Translations under genes and position numbers: made by a program
Source: an uncultured Prolixibacteraceae bacterium
Lineage (GTDB): Bacteria; Bacteroidota; Bacteroidia; Bacteroidales; Prolixibacteraceae
Assembly: GCA_964604035.1 (NCBI GenBank)
Contig: CAZRXT010000003.1
Location: 1-26,917 of the forward strand
Direction: 5' to 3'
Length of the DNA stretch: 26,917 bases
The notes under the pieces: model-generated
What the model saw: the letters and a program-made list of their open reading frames with translations, nothing else
The model's database searches: none
What the model was told of the DNA's origin: nothing
Shown: positions 16,848-26,053 of the stretch, piece by piece
How the letters are laid out: each line of letters opens with the position of its first letter
Numbering within the stretch: the first letter of the stretch is position 1

Positions 16848-18248
16848 TTACAAATACGACCAATCTCCTTTTTCGGGGATTTCAATATCCGTAAAGCCTT
16901 TATTTCCTAGGTATTCTTTATAGGCCAGTTGAGATTCGTATTGACCATGAACTATAAAGGTCTTTTTTATTCGATCGATAATTTGACAGTCAAGAAATTC
17001 TGCCATTTCTTCATAATCGCCGTGTCCACTATATGCCTCAATCCTAAATATTTCGGCTCTAACAGGATAAACAATTCCATGTATTGATACTTCTTTGTCA
17101 CCCCTTAATATCTTAGCACCCAAAGTGCTTGGCGAACAATACCCAACCGCTAGAACCGAGTTCCGTTCGTTCGAAATTGTGTTGGCCAGATGGTGTTTTA
17201 CGCGTCCGGCTTCCATCATTCCTGAGGCTGAAATTACGACGCAAGGTTCTTTGCTGTCATTAATTTTTTTCGATTCTTCAACAGTTCTTACATAGTAGAG
17301 CCGTTCAAATCCAAAAGGATCATAATCATAGCGCAACTCATGTTGTATCTCTTCGTTCAAATTGTCGAGGTGATACCTGAAAACTTCGGTAGCACTAACC
17401 GAAAGTGGACTATCAACAAAAATGTCGATTCTGGGTAGTCGTCCTTCGTTAAAGAGTTGATTTAGAGTGTATACAATTTCTTGCGTACGGCCAACACTAA
17501 ACGATGGGATGATTAGTTTGCCTTTCTTAACAACACAGGTATGATGTATGGCATATAAAAGATCTTCGCGTGCTTCTTCGTGTTTTTTGTGAAGCCTGTC
17601 GCCATAAGTAGCTTCAGTTATAAGATAATCGGCTTGAGGAAATGGTTCTGGCGATTTCAGAATCATATTGCTTTTACGTCCGATATCGCCAGTATATGCG
17701 AGTTTCTTTAATCCGTCGGTTTCATTCACCTCAAGAGAAACAACGCTGCTACCAAGCATGTGCCCCGAGTTTGTAAATCTCACTTTAATATCTTCATTTA
17801 TGTAGAATTTTCTATCGTATTCTACCGCAATGAACAGTTGCATTGCCTTTTCGGCATCTTTACGAGTGTAAATTGGTTCAACCGGAGGCAAGCCTTGAAA
17901 AGCTCTTTTTTTGTTGAATTTTATAGTATCGGCTTCATGTATTGCACCCGAATCGGCCAACATAATTGCACATAAATCGCGGGTTGCACTAGTACAAATA
18001 ATCGACCCCCTGAACCCTAGTTTGTAAACGTAAGGTATTAATCCTGAATGGTCTATATGCGCGTGGCTCAGAATGATGTGGTCAATTTCAAGCGGATCGA
18101 ATCCTAAATCGCGGTTCAAACTGTCGGTTTCCAACCCTTTTCCTTGATATAATCCACAATCGAGAAGAATTTTCTTGTCTTTTTGGGTAATTATCAAATG
18201 TTTACTTCCGGTAACCTCGCGGGCTGCCCCTAAAAATTTTACAATCAT
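16848..18248 (-). CDS. Metallo-beta-lactamase/beta-CASP ribonuclease (COG1236/YSH1-like)
   Basis: GAAREVTGSKH, LLDCG, SHAHIDH, GHMLGS, TGDIG, EATYGDR, PSFSVGRTQE, SASGM, YSGHGD and VHG. Confidence 0.95.
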   Translation of the reverse strand: MIVKFLGAAREVTGSKHLIITQKDKKILLDCGLYQGKGLETDSLNRDLGFDPLEIDHIILSHAHIDHSGLIPYVYKLGFRGSIICTSATRDLCAIMLADSGAIHEADTIKFNKKRAFQGLPPVEPIYTRKDAEKAMQLFIAVEYDRKFYINEDIKVRFTNSGHMLGSSVVSLEVNETDGLKKLAYTGDIGRKSNMILKSPEPFPQADYLITEATYGDRLHKKHEEAREDLLYAIHHTCVVKKGKLIIPSFSVGRTQEIVYTLNQLFNEGRLPRIDIFVDSPLSVSATEVFRYHLDNLNEEIQHELRYDYDPFGFERLYYVRTVEESKKINDSKEPCVVISASGMMEAGRVKHHLANTISNERNSVLAVGYCSPSTLGAKILRGDKEVSIHGIVYPVRAEIFRIEAYSGHGDYEEMAEFLDCQIIDRIKKTFIVHGQYESQLAYKEYLGNKGFTDIEIPEKGDWSYL

Positions 18249-18272
18249 GATAATCAGTTTTAAGTTTTGTAA

Positions 18273-19400
18273 TTACTTTTTTATGCCGTTTGGATAGGTC
18301 TTTTCAGGGTATTTTTCGCTGAAGGCTTTCAATCCGGCACCGCATTGTTCTAATGAACCAAAACGGTCTACTCCGTTCGATGTCCAAACCATTAAACCTT
18401 TCCATCCATTTTCATACGTTTTTATGAAGGCATCTTTTATCGGTACTACTAATGAGTCTTGGTTTGAATCTGTTTGCTGAAAAATCCCTGTTGCAGGGTT
18501 TTCGCCTATCATGCAAGGTCGGTCGTTAATACCATAATCTGATGGAGTTTTTTCGGTGCAGAAATTCCCAAACCATTTTACTACCCAACCATAAAAATGT
18601 GGCGAGTAAAAATCGAGGAACGCAAGTGGCGAATCTACTTGTGATTGCAGCGACTTGTTGCTCCAGTAATTTTTTTCCATCAAATCGGGAAGGTCACTGT
18701 TCCATTTTATTGCAGCACTTCCAACAGTAAAAAGGATTTCACTATTTTGGTGAACCGCAACAGCAACTTTTGCCATAAGGTATTGCAAATCTTCCCAAGG
18801 CGCCTGAGCATTGTCTTTATCTTGATGCACCCATTCTATTTCGTTACAGCCGTCGATACTCCACAAATATGGGTTGTTTTTATATCGAGTTATAAAAGGG
18901 ACAACGTAGTTTGAAACGTAAGCATCGGTCTTTTCTTTGCTGCTGATTAGCTTTCTCCATTTTGTATGATTTGGATGGCTGGCTTTTGTGTGGTCGAACG
19001 ATAATAATGTTGCCATAATATAAATCTGATGCTTTTGGGCCAAAGCAAACATGTCGTCCAAATCTTTCCAATGAGCTTTAGTTGCACCTGAAACAAAGCC
19101 ATTCTGGTCGATTTTTATGCCTTTTTCGCCATCACACGAAATCCATATTCTTGAAGAGTTTCCTCCCGCTTCTCGAATGCGCTGAAATTCACTGTCCCAA
19201 AAGCTGTGACGATATTTGCCTCCAAAGTCATTCCATTTATCCCAAGGAGTATTAACTCCATTCATGAAAATTTCTTTTCCATCAACGGTAAACAAAACAC
19301 CTTCTGCTTTAATTCGCTGTGCCGATAAATTAGTTGTTGACAATATATTTATTGATGAAATCATCAATAGTACTTGCAAAATATTTCTACCTGTAATCAT
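18273..19400 (-). CDS. Secreted GH5 glycoside hydrolase, probably GH5_10-like endo-beta-1,4-mannanase
   Basis: Signal peptide ending LSA|Q. Motifs FMNGVNTPW, GGNSSRIW, DQNGFVSG, acid/base NE (CNEIEW), TVGS, FYSPHFY, nucleophile IGE and WT. The motif order matches my recollection of mollusc GH5_10 Man5A. Confidence 0.8.
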   Translation of the reverse strand: MITGRNILQVLLMISSINILSTTNLSAQRIKAEGVLFTVDGKEIFMNGVNTPWDKWNDFGGKYRHSFWDSEFQRIREAGGNSSRIWISCDGEKGIKIDQNGFVSGATKAHWKDLDDMFALAQKHQIYIMATLLSFDHTKASHPNHTKWRKLISSKEKTDAYVSNYVVPFITRYKNNPYLWSIDGCNEIEWVHQDKDNAQAPWEDLQYLMAKVAVAVHQNSEILFTVGSAAIKWNSDLPDLMEKNYWSNKSLQSQVDSPLAFLDFYSPHFYGWVVKWFGNFCTEKTPSDYGINDRPCMIGENPATGIFQQTDSNQDSLVVPIKDAFIKTYENGWKGLMVWTSNGVDRFGSLEQCGAGLKAFSEKYPEKTYPNGIKK

Positions 19401-19427
19401 TTTTTAGAGCTTGATGTGTGATATTAC

Positions 19428-19435
19428 CAAAACTA
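19428..19435 (-). promoter_or_regulatory. Bacteroidota -7 box for the GH5 gene
   Basis: Reverse complement TAGTTTTG, 27 bp upstream of the ATG at 19400. Confidence 0.5.
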
Positions 19436-19684
19436 ACAAAAAAATCACAGAGAGTGTTACACCTTCTAATCTGAGTTTAAAATTCATTGATTTTGTCCTG
19501 TTTTTTCCTGTGGAAGTTTTTTTTAATTGTTTTCAAAATCATGTCTGCTAATCTCAATGAAATCCTTAACTTTTAACCATCTTAAAACGTACTGATTTAA
19601 TTGTGTTATTGTAAAGGAGCTTACATTCTTTTATAAAACCATAATATTAAAAGTCAGAGAGTTGATTTTTCGTGAATTGAATTA

Positions 19685-19692
19685 TATATTTG
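19685..19692 (+). promoter_or_regulatory. Bacteroidota -7 box for the TPR-protein gene
   Basis: TATATTTG, 32 bp before the ATG. A partial -33 element (TTG, 19662-19664) lies 20 bp upstream. Confidence 0.55.
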
Positions 19693-19724
19693 GTAGAGGT
19701 AAGCAAACGGTTTGAAAAGATTTT

Positions 19725-22373
19725 ATGTCCAAATTATTTTCAACAATACTAATTTGTTTTCTTTTCTCGTTAACCTGTTATTCTCAGCAGGTTAAAAGTT
19801 TTTTTCAGGTAACGGGGAAAGTTAAAGTTGATCAGGGTGTGGTTGATGGGACTAAGATTGAGGTATATAGGAACGATGGGTTGCTCCAGAATCTTAGTGT
19901 TAACCGTACAGGCAACTTTACTGTTTCTGTTGAATTAGGCCAACTTTACCGTTTTTTTATTTCAAACGATAACTACTATTCAAAAAATATTGAGATTGAC
20001 ACACATGTGCCGCTCGAGGTTTGTAAAGACAACTGCCTTTTCCCTCCTTATCAGCTCTCTATTCTTCTTTATCGCAAAGTACCGGGAGTTTCAGAAACGC
20101 GGCAACAAACAGGGCGGATTTCTTACAATTCAAAAATCGATAATTTTGATTCTGAGCAATCAAGGGAAGAATCGGATATTGGGAAATTGGCTGTATCTCT
20201 TATAACCGAAGTTCGAGAGAAGAGTCTTCAGTTCGAAAAACAGAAAGCTCAAACAGTAAAAGCTAAATATGACCAATTGCTAGCAGAAGGCGACAGACTT
20301 TATTCTGCGGGCGATTATGAAAATTCGATGCTTAGGTATCGCGATGCGGCTTTGATGTTTCCAACCGAAAAATATCCACGCGAAAAAATTGATCAGTCCT
20401 ATCAAATTTTGGTCCGGCATCAAATGTCTCAAAGTTTTGGTTCTCCCAATGAGTCAAACTTTACGAAATATCTTAATTATGGCGATCTGAAATTCAAAGA
20501 TCACGAATATACTGTTGCAAAAGTTGCTTATAAATCAGCACAATCGGTAAGAACAGACAATGAAGATCTTACCAATAAAATTGATAAATGCGATGTTGAA
20601 ATAAAAAAACTGAAAGATCTAGTAACCGAAGAGGCACTTCATAAAACTCAGGTTTATGAACAACGAATTGTAAAGTACAATGAATTAATTCAGCAGGGCG
20701 ACATGAGTTTCAAGAGCGAGGATGTTGCAAAAGCGCGCGACTATTACTCTTCGGCAGTAACTCAAATAGATGAAAATAGTTATGCCTTAACAATGCTGAA
20801 GAAGCTCGACGACATATTTAAGGACGACGAGCATGCATTGAAAGTTGCAAAAGAACGTGACGAAGCCGAAAAGAAAAGACTTCAAGAGGCCAGAAATCAA
20901 GCATATAAAGATGCAGTGGCCGAGGCCGACCGACTTTTTGCTGATCGGCTTTATCGCGATGCCATTGAATATTATGAACTTGCGTTAACTATTAAGAGTT
21001 TTGAGTTTTATCCGAAGAAACAAATTGATGACATTAACGATATTTTAGCTAAACTACAGTTGCAAGGCAATGAGTACAACAAATTTTTAAAGGAAGGTGA
21101 ATCTTTACTTTCAGAAAAAGAGTATGTTAAGGCTCGCGAGAGCTATTTGAAGGCTCATAATCTTATTCCCGACGAGAAGTTTGCCATAAAAAAAGTGAAC
21201 GAAATTGATCAAATCATTGAAAGGTTAAAAAACGAAGAAATTTTTCAGGTTCAGTATAACGAAGCCATAGCTTTAGCCGATTCGCTTTTTGAAAATAAGA
21301 AGTACCAAGAGGCAATTTCTGCTTACCAAAAATCGTTGACAATTAAGCCATCTGAGGAATATCCAAAGGAACAAATCAAAAATATTCGAGCAATATTGTC
21401 GAAAGAGAATGATGGTCAGAAGCGATTGCAACAACTTCAAAGTGAATATGATTTGACAATTTCGCAGGCCGATGATGCTTTTAATCGGAAATCTTATTTG
21501 CCGGCTCGTACTTTGTATCTGAAAGCTTTGCAAATTATACCTGCACAAAGTTATCCCACAGCTCAGCTTAAGAAAATTGATGAACTATTAAATCAGCAGG
21601 CCGAGAAAAATTCGTTGGCAAAAACGAAACTTGAACAGATCGATTTTTCGAACTTAGATAATGTTTCAAAAGAAGATCGCGATGCAGCTTACAAGGAGGC
21701 AATGGCAATGGGCGAATCTTTTATGAAATCGGAAGAGTGGGGTGTTGCTCGTTTTTATTTCAGAAAAGCACTTGCCCTTTTTCCTAACGATACTCCTGCA
21801 AATCAGAAGTTGGGCGAAGTCGAGAAAATGATCAGAGGTAACGATGTTAATGAGTCGAGGTATATTGAGATGGTTAAGCGGGCCGATGAATCGTTTAAGA
21901 CCGGCGATATTAACGTTGCTCAGTTTTACTATAACAAGGCTTTGGAGGCAAAACCAAACGACCAGTATGTTGTTGAACGATTGTTAGTTGTATCTCAACT
22001 CACACAATCTACAGCAACAAGGGCTAACGATAAAGATTTTGACGAAGCAATAAATAAAGGCAATGAGGCTTTTAATACCGGGAATTACTCCGTTGCCCGT
22101 TTTTTCTATCGTAAAGCTCAGGGACTTAAGCCCTCGGATGTTTTGGCGAAAGATAAAATATTGATGGTCGATCAGGCTTTGGGGCAAAGCAAAACGGCAA
22201 CTTCCGACGAGGGTTACAGTCGTAATATTTTGCTTGCCGATCAGGCATTTAAGCAGAAGAAATATGCTGTAGCCATTAACTTTTATAAGAAAGCGCTAAT
22301 AAATAAACCTGGATCTTCATATCCAACAGAGCAGATTGCTAAATCTGAAGCTCTCATGAAAAGCGGAATGTAA
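19725..22373 (+). CDS. Exported TPR-like repeat protein with an N-terminal beta-sandwich (carboxypeptidase regulatory-like) domain
   Basis: Signal peptide (CYS|QQ), a beta-rich domain (VTGKVKVD...GNFTVSVE), then 11 repeats of Y-x2-h-h-x2-[AG]D-x2-F-x4-Y-x2-A-x3-Y-x2-A-x4-P-x3-YP. Confidence 0.9.
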   Translation: MSKLFSTILICFLFSLTCYSQQVKSFFQVTGKVKVDQGVVDGTKIEVYRNDGLLQNLSVNRTGNFTVSVELGQLYRFFISNDNYYSKNIEIDTHVPLEVCKDNCLFPPYQLSILLYRKVPGVSETRQQTGRISYNSKIDNFDSEQSREESDIGKLAVSLITEVREKSLQFEKQKAQTVKAKYDQLLAEGDRLYSAGDYENSMLRYRDAALMFPTEKYPREKIDQSYQILVRHQMSQSFGSPNESNFTKYLNYGDLKFKDHEYTVAKVAYKSAQSVRTDNEDLTNKIDKCDVEIKKLKDLVTEEALHKTQVYEQRIVKYNELIQQGDMSFKSEDVAKARDYYSSAVTQIDENSYALTMLKKLDDIFKDDEHALKVAKERDEAEKKRLQEARNQAYKDAVAEADRLFADRLYRDAIEYYELALTIKSFEFYPKKQIDDINDILAKLQLQGNEYNKFLKEGESLLSEKEYVKARESYLKAHNLIPDEKFAIKKVNEIDQIIERLKNEEIFQVQYNEAIALADSLFENKKYQEAISAYQKSLTIKPSEEYPKEQIKNIRAILSKENDGQKRLQQLQSEYDLTISQADDAFNRKSYLPARTLYLKALQIIPAQSYPTAQLKKIDELLNQQAEKNSLAKTKLEQIDFSNLDNVSKEDRDAAYKEAMAMGESFMKSEEWGVARFYFRKALALFPNDTPANQKLGEVEKMIRGNDVNESRYIEMVKRADESFKTGDINVAQFYYNKALEAKPNDQYVVERLLVVSQLTQSTATRANDKDFDEAINKGNEAFNTGNYSVARFFYRKAQGLKPSDVLAKDKILMVDQALGQSKTATSDEGYSRNILLADQAFKQKKYAVAINFYKKALINKPGSSYPTEQIAKSEALMKSGM

Positions 22374-22428
22374 ATTGTCTTATATTCAAATGTTTGCTAG
22401 TCTTTTTAAACAAAAATCGGAACTTAAG

Positions 22429-23259
22429 TTAAGATTGTTGTGAGTTGTTTTTGTCAAATTCCGACTCTTCTTCGTTGCAGATACTCTGCATAACTAATCC
22501 TGCTAATGTAAAACCGAATATAGCAGTAATATGTGCCACTGTTCCATTTATTGTCGACTTCAAACTGCTCCAATCATGGTTGGTAAGGCTATCCGCTTCT
22601 TGTTCATTATCATGTATTTGGTTTAGTTCGGTTTTGTATGTTTTAAGCGAACCTTTGTTCTCAAGCAGTTCATCGCTATAAACACATAAGAATTCTTTAG
22701 CCGGTAGTTCGCCTTTTCTCATTCGTTTGCGAACATAATAGCCAAGTGGGCAATATTTTACTTTCCAAAACTCGGCAACTTTTATTCGCGTTGGGTCAAT
22801 TTTTAAACCAGCTCCCATCGACGAGAAAAAGACTGCATTTGTGCGGGTAGCCTTTCTTATTAGGTCTATTTTATTGCTGATACTGTCGATAGCATCGATG
22901 ATGAAATCGTATGTTTCCAGCTCGAACGATTCTGAGCTTTCGGGTTCGTAAATTTTCTGAATAGCTTCAATTTTGGCATGAGGGTTTATTTCAAGCAATC
23001 GTTTTTTCAGAACCTCAGTCTTTGGCTCGCCAACAGTGGTTGTAGTTGCGTGTAACTGTCTGTTGATGTTGCTTGTGCAAATATGGTCGGAGTCAACTAT
23101 GGTTAATTTGCCGATGCCACTACGAACAAGGCTTTCGGCACACCAGCTTCCAACACCACCAATACCAAAAATAATTACCTTTTTTGAAGCAATTTTTTCC
23201 ATCGTTTTATTTCCAAGCAACAATTCAGTGCGTTGAAATATCTCTTGTTCGCTTATCAT
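22429..23259 (-). CDS. tcdA: tRNA threonylcarbamoyladenosine dehydratase (ThiF/E1-like)
   Basis: RTELLLG, GIGGVGSW, VDSD.ICTSNINRQ, IIDAIDS, SSMGAG..IDPTRI and VYSDE. Confidence 0.9.
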   Translation of the reverse strand: MISEQEIFQRTELLLGNKTMEKIASKKVIIFGIGGVGSWCAESLVRSGIGKLTIVDSDHICTSNINRQLHATTTTVGEPKTEVLKKRLLEINPHAKIEAIQKIYEPESSESFELETYDFIIDAIDSISNKIDLIRKATRTNAVFFSSMGAGLKIDPTRIKVAEFWKVKYCPLGYYVRKRMRKGELPAKEFLCVYSDELLENKGSLKTYKTELNQIHDNEQEADSLTNHDWSSLKSTINGTVAHITAIFGFTLAGLVMQSICNEEESEFDKNNSQQS

Positions 23260-23281
23260 GCTTTTGTGAATTGAATTTCGG

Positions 23282-23289
23282 CAAAAATA
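23282..23289 (-). promoter_or_regulatory. Bacteroidota -7 box for tcdA
   Basis: Reverse complement TATTTTTG(C), 22 bp upstream of the ATG at 23259. Confidence 0.55.
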
Positions 23290-23390
23290 GAAAAGAAAAT
23301 CAAACTCAATCGTTTATCTTATACACTAACAATAAAGCAGGTTCTATTATTTTTTTGAACTTTGCAGAACAAATTGAAACTACTGAAATT

Positions 23391-24509
23391 ATGAGCAGAT
23401 ATCGTTATTTACTTCTTTTTTTTCCTCTGATTATCATTCTTTTCGGAGGTTGTGATAAAGATTCGGACAAAGTTCCTACGCTCGACGAGCAAATTGGTCA
23501 AATGCTGCTTGTTGGTTTTCGGGGTACTGTTCTCATGTCTGATAACCATATTGTTAGAGATTTAGAAGACTATAACCTTGGTGGCGTACTTATTTACGAG
23601 AAAGATGGACCAACCCAATCTCGTCCCCGCAATATCGAGTCTGTTGATCAATTGCGGAAGCTAGTTTCTGATTTAAAGACACATAGCGGAGAGAAACTGA
23701 TAGTTGCCATTGATCAGGAAGGTGGGGTAGTGAACAGGTTAAAGACTGGCTATGGTTTTCCGGCTTCGGTAACTGCACAATATCTAGGCGAACTCAATAG
23801 CGAAGATTCTACTCGTTACTGGGCCTCGCAAATGGCTTCAACTTTAAATAATATTGGTGTAAATCTGAACTTTGCTCCGGTGGTCGACTTGAATGTAAAT
23901 CCCGAAAGTCCTGCAATTGGAGCCTTGGGCCGCAGCTTTTCTGCCAACCCCGATACTGTTGTTTTTCATGCTGAAATTTTTATTAACGAACATCAGAAAC
24001 TGAACATTCTGAATTGTTGTAAACATTTTCCAGGTCACGGAAGTGCTACTGTCGACTCTCACCTGGGATTGACCGATGTTACCAATACTTGGCGCGAAAT
24101 TGAACTTGAGCCTTATCGGCAGCTTATTTCTTCGGGGAAGTGCAACATGATAATGAGTGCCCATGTGTTCAATCAGAATTTGGATGCCGATTACCCTGCA
24201 ACGTTGTCGAAGAAAATACTTACAGGCATTCTTCGCGAAGAGCTTGGATATTCGGGTGTTATTGTGTCGGATGCTATGGAGATGGGGGCAATTACCGATA
24301 ATTTTGGTCAGGAAGAAGCAATTGAAAAGGCGATAAATGCTGGTTGCGATATTCTTGTTTTCTCAAATAATACTACCACTTACAACGAGGAAATTGTGCC
24401 CGAAGCTGTAGCAATTATAAAGAATTTGGTAAACGAAGGGAAGATCACCCAAGATAGGATTCGTCAATCATACAATCGAATTCTTAAATTAAAAGAAGGT
24501 TTAATGTAA
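23391..24509 (+). CDS. nagZ: GH3 beta-N-acetylhexosaminidase (NagZ-type, single domain), lipoprotein
   Basis: True start is likely ATG 23391 (MSRYRYLLLFF...LFGGC lipobox). Motifs QIGQMLLVGF, AIDQEGG.V.RL, NFAPVVD, KHFPGHG, D-S-H dyad and SDAMEMGAI. Confidence 0.88.
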   Translation: MSRYRYLLLFFPLIIILFGGCDKDSDKVPTLDEQIGQMLLVGFRGTVLMSDNHIVRDLEDYNLGGVLIYEKDGPTQSRPRNIESVDQLRKLVSDLKTHSGEKLIVAIDQEGGVVNRLKTGYGFPASVTAQYLGELNSEDSTRYWASQMASTLNNIGVNLNFAPVVDLNVNPESPAIGALGRSFSANPDTVVFHAEIFINEHQKLNILNCCKHFPGHGSATVDSHLGLTDVTNTWREIELEPYRQLISSGKCNMIMSAHVFNQNLDADYPATLSKKILTGILREELGYSGVIVSDAMEMGAITDNFGQEEAIEKAINAGCDILVFSNNTTTYNEEIVPEAVAIIKNLVNEGKITQDRIRQSYNRILKLKEGLM

Positions 24510-24519
24510 TCGTCTTGCT

Positions 24520-25080
24520 GTGAGTGGGTTAATAAAAGGGATTACTGGTGTTGTAATGGCTGGTGGCAAAAGTAGTCGCATGGGTTCAGATAAAGGATTG
24601 GTCGAATTTGACGGGAAACCGTTGGTTCAATATACAATTGATTCTCTTAAGTCTGTATGCGATAATGTGTTGATTAGCACTCATAATCCTGCATATTCCA
24701 AATTCGGGCTTCCTCTCATTGCCGATGAAATCCCTGATTGTGGCCCTATCGGTGGAATTTATTCGGCGTTGAAAGCATCTACAACCGACCAAATTCTTGT
24801 GCTTGCTTGCGATATGCCATTTGTAACTTCTGAAACTCTTCTGAAACTCTTAGCACAGAATAACTGTTTTGAATGCATTGTTCCTAGGGTTGCGGGAAAA
24901 TTGGAGCCATTGTGTTCAATCTATCTCAAGTCATTATTGTGTGTTATTGAAAGAAATATCAGAAATGGCAATTTTGCCTTAAATCAGTTGATTATGGAAT
25001 CGAATTATTGCCTGATCGACTTTGATGAAATAGTGGCTGATTTTAAGAATTTCAATACGTTAGACGATATAAAGAGATAA
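24520..25080 (+). CDS. mobA: Molybdenum cofactor guanylyltransferase
   Basis: VVMAGGKSSRMGSDK, GPIGGIYSAL, LACDMPF, EPLCSIY and NFNT. GTG start. Confidence 0.93.
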   Translation: MSGLIKGITGVVMAGGKSSRMGSDKGLVEFDGKPLVQYTIDSLKSVCDNVLISTHNPAYSKFGLPLIADEIPDCGPIGGIYSALKASTTDQILVLACDMPFVTSETLLKLLAQNNCFECIVPRVAGKLEPLCSIYLKSLLCVIERNIRNGNFALNQLIMESNYCLIDFDEIVADFKNFNTLDDIKR

Positions 25081-25126
25081 ATAAACCTATTTTTTTGTTT
25101 GAATAATTCTTCAATCCAACGTTTTA

Positions 25127-25822
25127 TTATCCATGTTCTGATATTGCCTTAAGTCTTTCAATATCAACAATGTCTATATCTTTTCCAAACGTGCGGATAA
25201 TGCCGTTTTTTTTGAATTCAGAAAGTGCCCTTATAACATTTTCGGTTGTCATGCCAATGTAGTCGGCAATCTCTTGTCGCGAAATTGGAAGTTGAATAGT
25301 TCTTTGGTTGTAAACGATGTCGGAGAAATAGATCAGCAAATGGGCAACTCTTCCGTGCAGATGTTTTCTTTTGATTTCCAGATTGTCAAGAATAATTCGG
25401 TCTGTTGCATCACTTATTTTCTGCATAATATTTAGCGCGAATTTACCATTTTCAAGAATCATGTTTTTAACATTCTGCAAATCGAGAATGCAAATTTCAG
25501 TGTCTTCAATAGCTATTACCGAGTAGTTATATCGCGATGAAGAAAAGATACTTAGCAAACTTACGAAATCGAAAGGCTTTGCAAAGCTCAATATCTGCTC
25601 GTTCCCATTGCTGGTTCGCCTTGTTAATTTTACAAGGCCACTTTTAAGGTATATAAAATCGCTGATTATATCGCCTTCAAGAATAATGATTTCGCCCTTT
25701 TTAAATTGATTTTCGATTTTCGCCGAACATAAAATTTGTTGTTGATCGGTCTCTACAAAATCAAAGAACAGCGTTTTTAATTTGCAGTCTAAGCAATTAC
25801 AAAGATGAATTGATTCCCCCAT
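25127..25822 (-). CDS. Crp/Fnr-family transcription regulator with N-terminal Cys cluster
   Basis: C8, C10, C13 and C32 plus central C111. cNMP-fold (KKGE...SGLVKL...GNEQIL) and HTH SRQEIADYIGMTTENVIR. Confidence 0.93.
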   Translation of the reverse strand: MGESIHLCNCLDCKLKTLFFDFVETDQQQILCSAKIENQFKKGEIIILEGDIISDFIYLKSGLVKLTRRTSNGNEQILSFAKPFDFVSLLSIFSSSRYNYSVIAIEDTEICILDLQNVKNMILENGKFALNIMQKISDATDRIILDNLEIKRKHLHGRVAHLLIYFSDIVYNQRTIQLPISRQEIADYIGMTTENVIRALSEFKKNGIIRTFGKDIDIVDIERLKAISEHG

Positions 25823-25981
25823 TTTTTTGATAATCGTTCTTTTCTAAAAATAGATAAAAAAGCTTTACTGCAAAATCAATTGTAAAACATATTTCTATCA
25901 TGGGTTTTACAACAAAAAAATGACGAAATTATTAATCGTGTAGTTGTTTGTCTTGATTTTGTTGATTTTCAATTTGTGGAG

Positions 25982-26012
25982 TTGATATATGTCATGAACT
26001 GATAATTATCAT
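25982..26012. promoter_or_regulatory. Two tandem FNR-like boxes
   Basis: TTGAT-ATAT-GTCAT (25982-25995) and CTGAT-AATT-ATCAT (25999-26012, containing the perfect palindrome TGATAATTATCA), versus the FNR consensus TTGAT-N4-ATCAA. Confidence 0.65.
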
Positions 26013-26020
26013 ATATGTAA

Positions 26021-26053
26021 TTTGTTGATATAAAATGTTATCTGGTATTTTTG
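26021..26053 (+). promoter_or_regulatory. Full-consensus Bacteroidota promoter for the psrA operon
   Basis: TTTG (26021-26024)-N21-TATTTTTG (26046-26053). Confidence 0.7.

Noticed and set aside
22540-22660. tcdA C-terminal insert lacking the Cys residues I recall in Bacteroides orthologues
   Set aside because: This rests on memory of homologues only. It is a variable loop and probably neutral.
23184-23390. 69-aa N-terminal extension of the GH3 ORF
   Set aside because: It overlaps the divergent tcdA start and promoter. The lipoprotein signal begins at ATG 23391.
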